DNA of 62,715 bases, filler included. It is 6 parts of 6 records of this genome, joined end to end, with 100 filler letters (N's around TTAATTAATTAA, not from the genome) between each part and the next. Parts side by side here need not be neighbours in the genome. Positions count along the whole stretch, not along the records: positions 1 to 19,073 come from DRR378314_1455; 5 more parts are not named here. One strand, written 5' to 3'. Both the position numbers and the translations under genes were made by a program. Below the pieces are notes generated by a model. That model was not told where the DNA came from and searched no databases. It saw only the letters and a program-made list of their open reading frames with translations. Positions 1 to 10,600 of this stretch are shown piece after piece. The stretch's first letter is position 1. The number at the start of each line of letters is the position of its first letter.

Positions 1-909
1 GCCCGGCATATTGGCAACGCAATAATGCACCACCCCATCCACAAGGTAAGTCGGCGCATCGTGCGTCGTGGGTTTCGACGTTTCGGTGCAGCCGCCCTGG
101 TCAATGGCCACGTCTACGATTACGCTGCCTTCGGGCATACGGCTGACCATATCACGGGTTACCAGCTTGGGGGCGGACGCCCCGGGGATCAGCACGCCAC
201 CGATCACCAGGTCTGACTCGGTCACCGCTTCCTCCAGCGTCGCGGCGGTTGAGAACAGCGTGCTGATGCGGTTGCCGTAGAGATGATCAAGGTTCCTCAA
301 TACGTCCATATTACGATCAAGTACGGTCACGTGAGCCCCGAGGCCGATGGCCATGGCCACCGCGTTCTGCCCTACCACACCACCGCCAATCACGGTTACC
401 CTTGCCGGGCTCACACCCGGCACACCACCCAGCAGCACGCCCCGACCACCGAGGGATTTTTCCAGGCAGTGTGCACCGGCCTGAATCGACATCCGCCCCG
501 CCACTTCGGACATGGGTGCCAATAGCGGAAGCCGCCCGTGGCTGTCGGTGACGGTTTCATAGGCAATACAGGTCGCTCCGGAGGCCACCAGGTCATCCGT
601 CTGGGCCTGGTCCGGCGCCAGGTGCAGATAGGTAAAGAGGGTTTGGCCGGGCTTTAACAACGCCCGTTCTGCCGCCTGGGGCTCCTTGACCTTGACGATC
701 ATGTCGGCCGCCTCGAACACAGCGGCGCCACTCCCAAGGATGTCAGCGCCTGCCTTTACATAATCGTCGTCCGTGAAGCCTATGGCGGCGCCGGCATTCT
801 TCTCAACGACAACACTATGGCCGTGGCCACACAACTCGTGGACTGCGGCAGGTGTCATTCCCACCCGGTACTCATGATTCTTGATCTCTTTCGGTACGCC
901 GATCTTCAT
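1..909 (-). CDS. ald: Alanine dehydrogenase (3' end beyond window)
   Basis: Manual translation from ATG 909 gives [25 protein letters not shown], and the same frame reads [10 protein letters not shown] at position 1. Probably absent from the ORF track because there is no stop codon in the window. Confidence 0.95.
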   Translation of the reverse strand, partial: MKIGVPKEIKNHEYRVGMTPAAVHELCGHGHSVVVEKNAGAAIGFTDDDYVKAGADILGSGAAVFEAADMIVKVKEPQAAERALLKPGQTLFTYLHLAPDQAQTDDLVASGATCIAYETVTDSHGRLPLLAPMSEVAGRMSIQAGAHCLEKSLGGRGVLLGGVPGVSPARVTVIGGGVVGQNAVAMAIGLGAHVTVLDRNMDVLRNLDHLYGNRISTLFSTAATLEEAVTESDLVIGGVLIPGASAPKLVTRDMVSRMPEGSVIVDVAIDQGGCTETSKPTTHDAPTYLVDGVVHYCVANMPG

Positions 910-1069
910 ACCTGGCCCCTTGAATCCGTCGGGTAAACGATGTCTCATCCCGTAAAGTGTAGTAAAAAGGTCTGACACCGGCAGTAGCAATTGAATGCAT
1001 CGGTTTGATGGGCCTCGGCGTAAAAACCCGAAGCAATCCACGCAATCGACCCAAACGGAGCAGGAACCT

Positions 1070-1885
1070 ATGAACAGATACCGTCACGCCCTGGCGGCAG
1101 CGCCGATTTCACTCGCAGCAGCCCTTACTCTGGCAAGCGGACAGGTAACAGCCGACATGCAGACAGAAACCGTGGAGTACACCGTAAACGGCGAAACCTT
1201 CACCGGCTACATGGCCTACGACGACGAAGCCAAGGGCAAGCGCCCCGGCGTTCTCGTGGTTCACGAGTGGTGGGGACACAACGAGTTTGCCCGTGAACAG
1301 GCTGAAAAACTGGCAGCCGCCGGCTACACGGCGTTTGCACTGGATATGTATGGATCGGGCAAGCTGGCAGAACACCCCGACGACGCAAAGGCCTTCATGC
1401 AGGAAGCGACCAAGGACATCGATCAGGTCAAGGCCCGGTTTATGGCGGCCAAGGAGTTGCTGGCACAGCACGACAGCGTTGATGGCAGCAAAATTGCCGC
1501 CCAGGGCTATTGTTTTGGCGGTGCCGTGGTACTGAACATGGCACGCCTGGGTGTCGATCTGGACGCCGTGGTCAGCTACCACGGCGCTCTCGGCAGCCCC
1601 CTCAAGGCCGAAGCCGGTAAGGTTCAGCCCCGGATTCACGTCTACACCGGTGGTGCGGACAAGATGGTGCCATCGGATCAGGTATCCGGCCTGGTGAAAG
1701 AAATGCAGGATGCGGGAGCCGATCTGACCCTGGTCAGCTTCCCCGGTGTCATGCACTCGTTCACTAATCCGGGAGCGGACAAGGTCGCCGAAGAGTTCAA
1801 TATGCCCATCGCTTATGACGAGCAGGCTGCAAAACGTTCCTGGGAGGGCACTCTGAGGCTCTACGAGGATGTTTTCAGCAACTGA
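1070..1885 (+). CDS. Dienelactone hydrolase family protein, secreted
   Basis: HEWWG, GYCFGG (Cys nucleophile) and HSFTNP motifs. Signal-peptide-like N-terminus from ATG 1070, with GGAG upstream. Confidence 0.9.
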   Translation: MNRYRHALAAAPISLAAALTLASGQVTADMQTETVEYTVNGETFTGYMAYDDEAKGKRPGVLVVHEWWGHNEFAREQAEKLAAAGYTAFALDMYGSGKLAEHPDDAKAFMQEATKDIDQVKARFMAAKELLAQHDSVDGSKIAAQGYCFGGAVVLNMARLGVDLDAVVSYHGALGSPLKAEAGKVQPRIHVYTGGADKMVPSDQVSGLVKEMQDAGADLTLVSFPGVMHSFTNPGADKVAEEFNMPIAYDEQAAKRSWEGTLRLYEDVFSN

Positions 1886-2586
1886 TATTCCTTCAGGGCA
1901 CCTTCTATGGTGCCCTTCACTGCCTCCCGTACCTCCTCCACGTCACGCCCCGCGGTTGAAACCGGCGGGTGAATCACGATATCGATAGTGCCCGCAGAGA
2001 ATGCCGCCGTGCCCTTGGGCAGGCAATCATGGGAACCCCGGATGGTCACCGGCAGGATGGGCAACCCGCCATCACGGGCAATCACAAATCCACCCTTCTT
2101 GAAGGGCAACAGCTTGCCATCCCAGGAGCGTGTTCCCTCGGGAAAAATCAGGATACTGGTGCCATTCGGCAACTGGGCCACGCCCCGTTTTATACTCTCC
2201 AGCGCATCACTGCCTTTGGCACGGTCAATGAATAGGTTGCGCGACGTCTCCAGGGCCAGGCCAAACAGCGGCACCTTGCGAAGCTCTTTCTTGATCACCC
2301 AGCGGTATTGCACCCCGAGCGCAAGAACCAGCGCCGGAGGATCAAGATAGGACGCATGGTTGCTGAGAATAACGTAGCGTTGGGTCGGGTCGATGTGTTC
2401 CAGGCCGGAGACGTTGAGGCGGATACCGGTGAGTTTGAGCATGCACCAGGCATACACCTGGGTACCATGAAAGGCGGCGTTGCCGCTGCGGCCGGCAAGG
2501 GCGGCGATAACAATGGGCAAGAACAGGATGAGTGTAAGCAGTGCGGCCCAGAACAGGATCCAGACGGCTTTGAGCATTCGCAACAT
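1861..2586 (-). CDS. plsC: Lysophospholipid / 1-acyl-sn-glycerol-3-phosphate acyltransferase (PlsC family)
   Basis: NHASYLD (HX4D), FIDR and FPEGTRS motifs; N-terminal TM helix. Overlaps the convergent hydrolase gene by 25 nt. Confidence 0.88.
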   Translation of the reverse strand: MLRMLKAVWILFWAALLTLILFLPIVIAALAGRSGNAAFHGTQVYAWCMLKLTGIRLNVSGLEHIDPTQRYVILSNHASYLDPPALVLALGVQYRWVIKKELRKVPLFGLALETSRNLFIDRAKGSDALESIKRGVAQLPNGTSILIFPEGTRSWDGKLLPFKKGGFVIARDGGLPILPVTIRGSHDCLPKGTAAFSAGTIDIVIHPPVSTAGRDVEEVREAVKGTIEGALKEYQLLKTSS

Positions 2587-2717
2587 GGAAGGTTACCTGG
2601 CAATCGCTACCTGCGGTTGTTAACGGGCAAAACAGCGCTAATAATCGCACACAAGAGCTAATAGGCTCAAAAGGCCAGTGTCGTTGTTGCTCGGCATCGT
2701 CAGCACACCGGCAACGT

Positions 2718-4406
2718 TCAATAGCCCATCGGGAAGTAGGAGATGCGCAGGTGAGCCCTTGGTTTGCGCTGTCCGTCGTGGTCGTCCAACCCCCACGCGA
2801 GAGCAGCATTGGCCGTCAGATGATCCGCCAGTCTCAGTCGCAACCCGAAACCGACACCGGTGATCTGCTCGTCCAGGGTATCGCCGGTGGCCACCTCTTC
2901 GTTATAAACGCCACCATGGTCCACGAACAGAAACCCCTCCCAGTTCTGGCGCTCCGGCAAATGGGCAATATAGGGCATCGGCAGGTTACGGATAATCTCC
3001 AGGTTGGCGTAATAGCCCATATCACCGATCAGATAGCCTTCCGGATAGCCGCGAACACTGGCAACACCCCCAACCTGGAACTGTTCCGCCGACGCAATGC
3101 TGGTGTCGTCGGTGTACTGCCCGGCCATGTTGAAGTAGCCACTCCACTGTTCGCCCAACAACTGGGTTCGCGCCAGGGAAAGCCTATATTTGGAGTAATA
3201 ATCGCTTTCCCGGGCCCGGGCATGGGCCCGGACAAACTGGTGAGAGGTAAACCACAGCCCCAGATCATCCTGACGCTCGGCATTGATGCCCAACGCCGGG
3301 CTGGTAATGTCCGCTGAGAGAATACGATCGCCATCCACCAGGGTGTCGCTGTTCCGGTCCTGGAGTTGAGCGGTCAGGTCCACTTTCCATTGGCGGTCGA
3401 CATACACGGGCTGGGTGAAACTGGCCTGGTAAATGGTGGAGTCACCACCCACATTTATGTCTGCCAGCGGACCGCTATCGATCTTCGTATCACTATCGGC
3501 GTAGAACAGGCCCAGACGGCCACCCCAGCGGTTCACGGGCACGTCGTAGCGGAGGGTACGGTCAGTAGCGCCGGAGGATTTGCTGGCAGATACCTCAAAC
3601 CTGTCACGGTAGCCAAACAGGCTGCGGTGAACAAAACGAGCGCCAAGGCGCGCCGACCCGGTGGAAGAACTCCCCGCGTTATCGGAAAACACCTCCAGCA
3701 CGTGGGTACGGGGTTCCTGCACCATCAGGTTGATATCGGTCTGGCCTTCTTCTTGACCGGGTTGGAGCTGCGCCGATACCTGAATGTCGCTGGTGCGGTT
3801 GAGCCAGTAAAGGTCGTCCTCCAGCGGCTCCAGTTCGAACAGATCCCCGGCTTCGAGACTCAGCGAACGGAGTATGTAGCCTGGTTTGGTGGAATCGTTG
3901 CCGGACAGATTGTAACGTCCCACCTCCCCTTCAATCAGACGGATCCTGAGTTGGCCATCCTCTATTTTCTGGGGCGGAATGAAGGCCTGGGCCGAAATAA
4001 AGCCTTTTTCGGCATAGGCACGATTGATGTCCAGAACAAGCCGCTGCAAATCCGTAAAGGTGACCGTTTCCTGCTCGTAGGGCTCCGCCAGAGCCTTCAG
4101 TTCCTGATCAGACAGTATCCGGGAGCTATCAAATGCTATGGCCTCAATACGGAAACGTGGCCCTGTCTCAGGACGCAGTTCAATACTGGGGGTGACCGCC
4201 TCGGTATCAACAGCAGGTTCTTCAGGCGGGCGATCCCGTCTCAGGGATTCGAGCTGCCGCTGTCGGCGTTCGGTTTCAAGGCTGCGCTCCTGTATCAATG
4301 CAGGGGACTCGATCGCCTGAGCCGTCGCCTCCATCACCGGCAGCGTCATCGCCATTACAGTGGCTACCAGGCCGATGCGACCCGTTTTGAACGGGCGGGA
4401 GATCAC
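2718..4406 (-). CDS. ShlB/FhaC/HecB-family TpsB outer-membrane transporter (type Vb)
   Basis: POTRA segments (YAEKGFISAQAFIPPQKI, LIEGEVG), DNAGS, and VRGY in the barrel loop. GTG 4406 has GGAG upstream and gives a signal peptide ending MEATA-QA; ATG 4439 is an alternative start. Confidence 0.93.
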   Translation of the reverse strand: MISRPFKTGRIGLVATVMAMTLPVMEATAQAIESPALIQERSLETERRQRQLESLRRDRPPEEPAVDTEAVTPSIELRPETGPRFRIEAIAFDSSRILSDQELKALAEPYEQETVTFTDLQRLVLDINRAYAEKGFISAQAFIPPQKIEDGQLRIRLIEGEVGRYNLSGNDSTKPGYILRSLSLEAGDLFELEPLEDDLYWLNRTSDIQVSAQLQPGQEEGQTDINLMVQEPRTHVLEVFSDNAGSSSTGSARLGARFVHRSLFGYRDRFEVSASKSSGATDRTLRYDVPVNRWGGRLGLFYADSDTKIDSGPLADINVGGDSTIYQASFTQPVYVDRQWKVDLTAQLQDRNSDTLVDGDRILSADITSPALGINAERQDDLGLWFTSHQFVRAHARARESDYYSKYRLSLARTQLLGEQWSGYFNMAGQYTDDTSIASAEQFQVGGVASVRGYPEGYLIGDMGYYANLEIIRNLPMPYIAHLPERQNWEGFLFVDHGGVYNEEVATGDTLDEQITGVGFGLRLRLADHLTANAALAWGLDDHDGQRKPRAHLRISYFPMGY

Positions 4407-4641
4407 TGTGATCGCTCCGTGGCGTATCCTTTCGTTCATCCAGCACTTCCAATTGGTCCAGTTGACGTTGTTTTTCCCGCAGCCGCTGCTCGGTTTCAAG
4501 ACGGTCGATCAGCTGTCGATCGGGTAGATCCCTGTTCACAATCTCTTCAGCCAGCCCCGGCGGATGCCATAGCAGCGCCATGACCAGCGCTGCCCGGCAC
4601 CGATCAGCGAATAGGGAAATGGATGGTGTCTCGTGGTGCAT
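4276..4641 (-). CDS. Small putative exported protein or remnant resembling a TpsB N-terminus
   Basis: ATG 4641 overlaps the 3' end of tpsA. Hydrophobic leader, then LETEQRLREKQRQLDQL, similar to TpsB LETERRQRQLESL. Its 3' end overlaps tpsB. Confidence 0.35.
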   Translation of the reverse strand: MHHETPSISLFADRCRAALVMALLWHPPGLAEEIVNRDLPDRQLIDRLETEQRLREKQRQLDQLEVLDERKDTPRSDHSDLPPVQNGSHRPGSHCNGDDAAGDGGDGSGDRVPCIDTGAQP

Positions 4642-7600
4642 TGCATTCACGCGCATAGGGATGTTGCTCGCAATGATTCTCCAGCGGTCCGGCCGCGGTG
4701 GCACTCATGGTGACACCGTTAACAAAGGGCTGGTCAAAGTAGTAGGACAGCAGGCTTCCTGCCCCCGGCCCAACCAGGGAGTCGACAGCACCGCCGATTG
4801 GCGGATCAACGATGTCGCTGAGCCTGGCTGCCTCATCAGCCGCCTGGGTCAGCAGGCTTTCTCCCAGCCCGGCCCGGTTATCCACCCGCAGACCGGGGCG
4901 GAAATCCACTGCGTACTGATTGGTGGTGACTGAATCCGCGGTCATCGCCAGGTTGAAGTAACCCGTGCCCGAATACAGCTGGACGTCCGCCTCTTCAAGG
5001 CTCTGGTCTTTATTATCCATCACCAGCCGCAGTGCCGGGGTGTTAATCTGCATGCGTTCACGAATGTAGCCATCACTGATCGACAGATTGTTGCCACCGT
5101 GGCTTATCATCGAGTTGACCGCGTACAGCCTGCCAATGGCCAGGGGCAGGCTGCCTCCAACCACCAGTTCTGCGAAGGTGGCAACGCCTGCCGCGTATCC
5201 GGTGACATCCAGCTGCAATGGGTTCGAGCCGGTATGCTCCACCCTGGCCCGAACCTGGTCGCCAGCCAATGTTGCCCGTTCGCCGACAGCCAGGTTATCG
5301 ACGCGCAACTCCTTCCTGGTCGCCAGGCTGGCCTCACTGGCCGCCGCAAAGTCGCTCACATGCAGCGTTTCATCCGATGTTATCCAGGCGCTTTCGCCTG
5401 CTGCACCGTTCAGGGTGCCACCATTTCCAGCACGGGCTTCCACCTTCAGCCACTCACCCACATTGCCGATTGAGCCAATAGCATCCAGCGTGAGGTTGTT
5501 ACCGGTGACGGTGCCCGGCCCCGTCAGATCACCCAGGGAGCTCAGTGACACATCGCCGGTCTGGCTGTTCACGTCTTCAACGATCAGGTCGCCGGACTGC
5601 TGGCTGAGATGGATACTGTCCCTGGCAGCGGCGGTAACGGCGGTGCCGCTGGCAGATGCGAGTTCAAGGGCATCCGGCCCGGCAATACCGCCGTTGGTCG
5701 CCCGAAGCTCAACCTGTCCTGCAGTCAGATTTGTGCCATCGCCATTGCCATCAACCAGATTGACGGAGGCACTCAGGCCTATCTCATTGGCACTGATATC
5801 GCCCACCGCCAGGTCCCCGGCGGTTTGGTGAACATAAAAACCCTGCGCGGCGGTGCCATCCAGACTACCGTCCTCAGCCATGGCCACCTGCAGCCATTGC
5901 GCCGGGCTGCCCACATTGCCGGACAGGCTCTCAAGGAAGAGGTTGCGGGCCAGGATCACCACGCCCTGGTCATCGTCGCCGGCGTATCGCAGGTCTTCGG
6001 CGGCGCTCAGGTCCACATCACCCGCCTGGGAGCGGATGCCGCCTGACGCACTGTTCAGGGTCAGGTCGCCCCCCGCAAACATCCGCACGTTGCCGCCCGC
6101 TTCCACGCTCGCCACGTTCAGCCCACGGTCCGGGCTATCAAGGTAAACCGCGTTATCCGACCGGGCGGTCAGAGTGCCTTCCGGGTCCAGGGCGATTTCC
6201 AGGGCATCGGCGAACTCACCGATATCACCGGCCTGCAGATCCAGGTTTGCCGCGCGAATATTCAGGGCGGCGCTGTCCTGGGCGTCGTAAAGGGTGCCCC
6301 CGGCACTGAGCCGGACATCGTTGACCGCGTAGAGTGTGGACACTGGCAGGTCCCCCGCCGCATTGAGCCACAGGCTGTCACCGGCCCTGGCGGTCAGTTC
6401 AGAGGTGACAACATTGAGCGGCCCCAGCAAATCGCCGCCTGGCCCGCCGGCCACACCGACACCCTGGGTTGCGGCTTCCAGCAGCAGGCTGCCGCCCGCG
6501 ACGACGTGATCAAGGCCGTGATCGACTCCGGACAATCCCTGGCCACCCTTGATGCGCACCTGGTCTCCGGCTTCAATGCGGTCGATCAGCAGGTCACCCT
6601 CAGAACCCAGGTACACCGACCCGCCTGCCCGTGCCTGCACTTCGCCGTCGGCGGCCAGGTCCAGATCGTCATAACGGGTGACGCGGATTTCCTGATCAGA
6701 TACGAACTCGATGTCGCCGCGCTCGGCGGTGGCCAGTACCAGCTTTTCGTCATCGCTCAAGTCCTGCCAGTTGCGTCCCTCGATATTGATGGTGGTTGGG
6801 TTGCTGCGGGTATTGGTGCCGATGTTGCCCGCCATTGCTTCCAGGCGGATGTTCTGCCCGCTGACGTTGGCTTCCTCGATGGTCACTTCGGTATCCGACA
6901 CTTCGGCCAGGATACCGGTGCTCAGGCTGTTGAGCAGCTGTGATTCGTTCCAGGCATAGCCCTCGGTCAGCCGGTTCCATTCCTCGCTGCCTTCGGTAAT
7001 GTCAAAGTTGCGGCCTGGTTCGAAAGCCACCGTTTCGCCGCCGTAGAGATCATGCAGCGTGCGGTACTCGTCGGTCTGGGCCTGCTCATAGTCACTGATC
7101 TGCTGGGCACTGAGGCCGCGTTCGCTGGCCAGGTAGTCGCGGCTTTGTTCATCCAGGGTGAACTCGTAATCCGGATCAAACGCGTCGGCACCACCCGGCT
7201 GCTGGCTGCGGAACTGCCAGTAGCGCTCGTATTCCCGCTCCTTGCGACGTTCGATGGCAGCCACATGGTCCCGGGCCGCATCGAGAGCATCCTCGCCGGT
7301 CAGGTCCATGCTGTCCCAGAGCGCCAGCAGTTCGTCACGGGCGCGCTGGTCCTGCTGTTCCACGGGGTTGTCGTCTATCAGGTCACCGTTCAGGGCGCCC
7401 AGCGACACCAGACCGGACTGTGACGCCACATCACGGATCAGCATATCGCCGTCGGTTTCAACCACATAGATCTCGCCAGCCGCCGAGGCCACCAGGCCTG
7501 TGCCATTCACGCCGGAGGTGTCCATGCGGACGAACCGGTCCGCGCTGCCGATACGCCCGTTCTCGGATCGCAGATCCACGCCTCTCGCGGTCACCAGACT

Positions 7601-10600
7601 ACCGGCATCGCTGGCAAGCAGGTTGCCATCGGCCGTCAGGGACACCTGCCCACCGTCGCTGGTGACCTGGTCAATCACCAGGTCACCGCTGTTTTCCCGC
7701 AGGTAGACGCCGCCTGTGCCGCCATCGGCATTGAGTACACCACCACCCAGGTTGGTCACCAGTGCCTGGTCGACACTGCCAATTCCGTTACCCGCCGTCA
7801 GCCGGATATCGCGCCCGCCAACCTGGCCGCCGGTGCCCTGGTTGCGGATGACATCGTTACTGGCAAGATCGGTCAGCCCGGCCTCATTGTTCAGGTTGCC
7901 CTCGACGCTGACAGCGCCCACGGAATTGACGTCAATCAGGCCCTGATCGAAGCCAGTGAAATTGATATCAATCCGGTTATCAGCGGCGATATTGTGGTTA
8001 TGCACCTGGCGCTCCACCACGTTGCGGGCGAAGTCCTTGTAGTCCTTGATGTAGAGGAGGTAATTGTCGATGTCCTGCCAGCCATCGGTGGTTTCGAACC
8101 AGTTCCCGGTGGTGCGGCTGGTGGTGTTGTCATACCAGTAGCGCGCGCCGCCCTTGTCGGCCAGAAGCACTACGTCGGCACCTACGGGCTCGCGGGCCTG
8201 CTGGTTAACCCTGGTAACGCCACTGTAGCTGCTCTCTTCGCCGGCATTGATGCCAAACCAGCGCTCACGGGTCAGCCGCCGGTTATCGGTCCAGCTGGCG
8301 CCATCACGCACGGTGAACGAGTAATACTGGTTCTGCTGGGGGTCGTAATAGGCCGTCCGGTCCGGGTGGTCACTGCCGCGGATCAGGCTGACCCGGGCAT
8401 CGGCTTCCAGGCGGCCACGAGGGTCGGACTGGTCAATATAATAATCGGTAATCCGCACCTGGCCGTCCACATCACGACCGGTGTCCAGTGACCGCAGGCG
8501 GATGTTGAAGTCGGTGGTGTTGTCCACCTCAATGCGGCCATAGCCATCCATCACGTTAATCTCACCATGGGAGGTATTCATGATGTGGCCGAACAGTTCC
8601 ACCTTGCCGCCCATGATGCGGGTGTTGTCCACCACCAGCTCGTTGGTCTGGGCATCGTAGAGTACCGGTATCTGGCTCCGGTCGTTTTCCACCGCCAGCT
8701 CGTTGATCTGGATGAAACGGTCTGCGTTACCTGCTTCCCAGGCGTTGCGATAATCCGCCAGGCTAGTGAAGTCCGTGTTGCCGTCGCCGTCATTATCCAG
8801 CGCAACGTTCTGCACCATGGCGTCATTGATGGTTACGCCGCGATCAGCGATGCCGCTCTGCACAATGCCATTCAGGTTCAGGTATTCCGCCGCCAGGAAG
8901 ACATTGTTGGCCGCCAACTGGGCCGGCGCTCCCGGGGCGCTGGGGTAAATGCTGTTGGTGGAGTAATCGCTACCGATGGACTCCCTGGATTCGATCAGCT
9001 CACGCCAGCGCGAAGCCGGTTCACCCTCGATATGCCGGAAGCCGTCGCGATAGCCGAGGGAAATATCCCGTCCAGCCTCGATGCGCAGGGTTTCGGCGGA
9101 AATATCGGCGCCGTCGTCATTGCCGGAGGCGCCCTTGACCAGAACACTGCCGTAGATGCTGTTGATCTCCACAAGACCATTGATGTTGGAGATGTCGTTG
9201 TCGACGAAAATATCCGGGGCCCGCTCATTACCCTGTGGTGAATAGGCGTTGGTCACCGAGATGGTGGGCGTGGTGTTGCCCGCGTTGATGAACTGGCTGA
9301 AACCAGCCTCACCACCCACCGGAACACCCAGTATCTTGCGGTTGCGGCTGTTCACTTCGGCCACCGAATTCACTCTCGCGCCGTTGAGGACAATAAAGCC
9401 ACCGGCCTCATCGGGGATGGTCATTTCGTTGGTGCGCAGGAAATTGTTGCTGCGGTTGCGGATTTCGATGCGGGTATCACCGGGTGCATCCAGCACGCCA
9501 TCACCGGCCAGGGTATCGGCATCCACATAGATGGAGCTGGAACGGGCGGTCAGGGCCTGCTCAACGGTCATCACGCGGGGGTCACCCGCGCCTTCCAGAG
9601 ATTCCAGTTTCACCTGAACGCTCAGCAATTCACCACGGTAGCGACGCAGCGCGTTGCCCAGATCCGAGGTGTCTGTGTCCGGCGCGATGATCTGGCCTTC
9701 CAGCGTGGCAATCCGATCATCGATGTACACAATTCGGGCTTCAGTTTCGGCAAGGGTGGTATCCAGATCGGCCCGCACCGAATCCAGATCCGATTCCGTC
9801 AGCGGGGTGCCTCCGTCCGGCAGGTTGCCGTTGATGTCGGCCAGGTCGCTGTCGATGGACTGTTGCAGGGAATTGATCTGGCCCTGGAGTTCTGCAATCT
9901 GGGTGGCATCGTCGTCCGGGTCCAGCCCATCGATCTGGGTCTGGAGCTGGGCCACCCGGTTACGGTCACCGATCAGCCCGTCCATCTCGGCAATGTCACC
10001 CGCCAACGCCGTTTCCCGGGCCCGGCGGCTGCTCAGTTCCTGCTCAAGATTCGACAGCTCCTCAATCAATTCCGGCGTGCCGCTTGAGGGTGTTCCGTTC
10101 TCGGTTTCTTCCAGCTCCGCAATCAGCGCTTCCAGCTCGGCCTTGCGCGCTTCCAGCTCGTTCACCAGCGGTTCATCGCTCACGCTCAGCAGGGTATCGT
10201 CAAAGCCTTCGCTGCTCTGCTCCTGGTTGACCGTGCCGTCCTCATTGATCACCAGTATCCGATGCCGCTCGGTGCCAACATGGATTTCACCGTTCACAAT
10301 CGCCGTGGCCTGGGAGGTATCGCTGCTGGAGCCACCCTTGATTTCCAGTGACACATCGTCGCCACCCACCAGGTTGCTGAAGAAGCTGCCCACCGCAGCC
10401 AGCGCTTCCCGGTACAGATCCTTGCCGACGCCGGAACCGCTGACATTGCGGGTACCCCGGTCGGCACTCAGGCTGACGTCGCCCACGGTTTCGATGCTGG
10501 CGCCGTCGTCAATAACCAGGGTCGTGTTCTGGCGCAGCGCAGCGTCGGCATCGGGTTTGGTCTCGATGGGCAGGACTGTCTTGTTCCAGAGATCGGTGCG

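Noticed and set aside
1-909. No long ORF in the track, suggesting a pseudogene or non-coding DNA
   Set aside because: It is ald running off the window edge; both ends read in the same frame.
4276-4641. Idea that tpsB is frameshifted and really starts at 4641
   Set aside because: tpsB has its own RBS, start (4406) and signal peptide. Joining the two would place a second signal peptide internally.
4604-5200. CdiA-type toxin/immunity interpretation of the TPS pair
   Set aside because: No VENN-like motif or C-terminal toxin domain. The C-terminus is an anchor-type tail and the next clear gene is the transporter.
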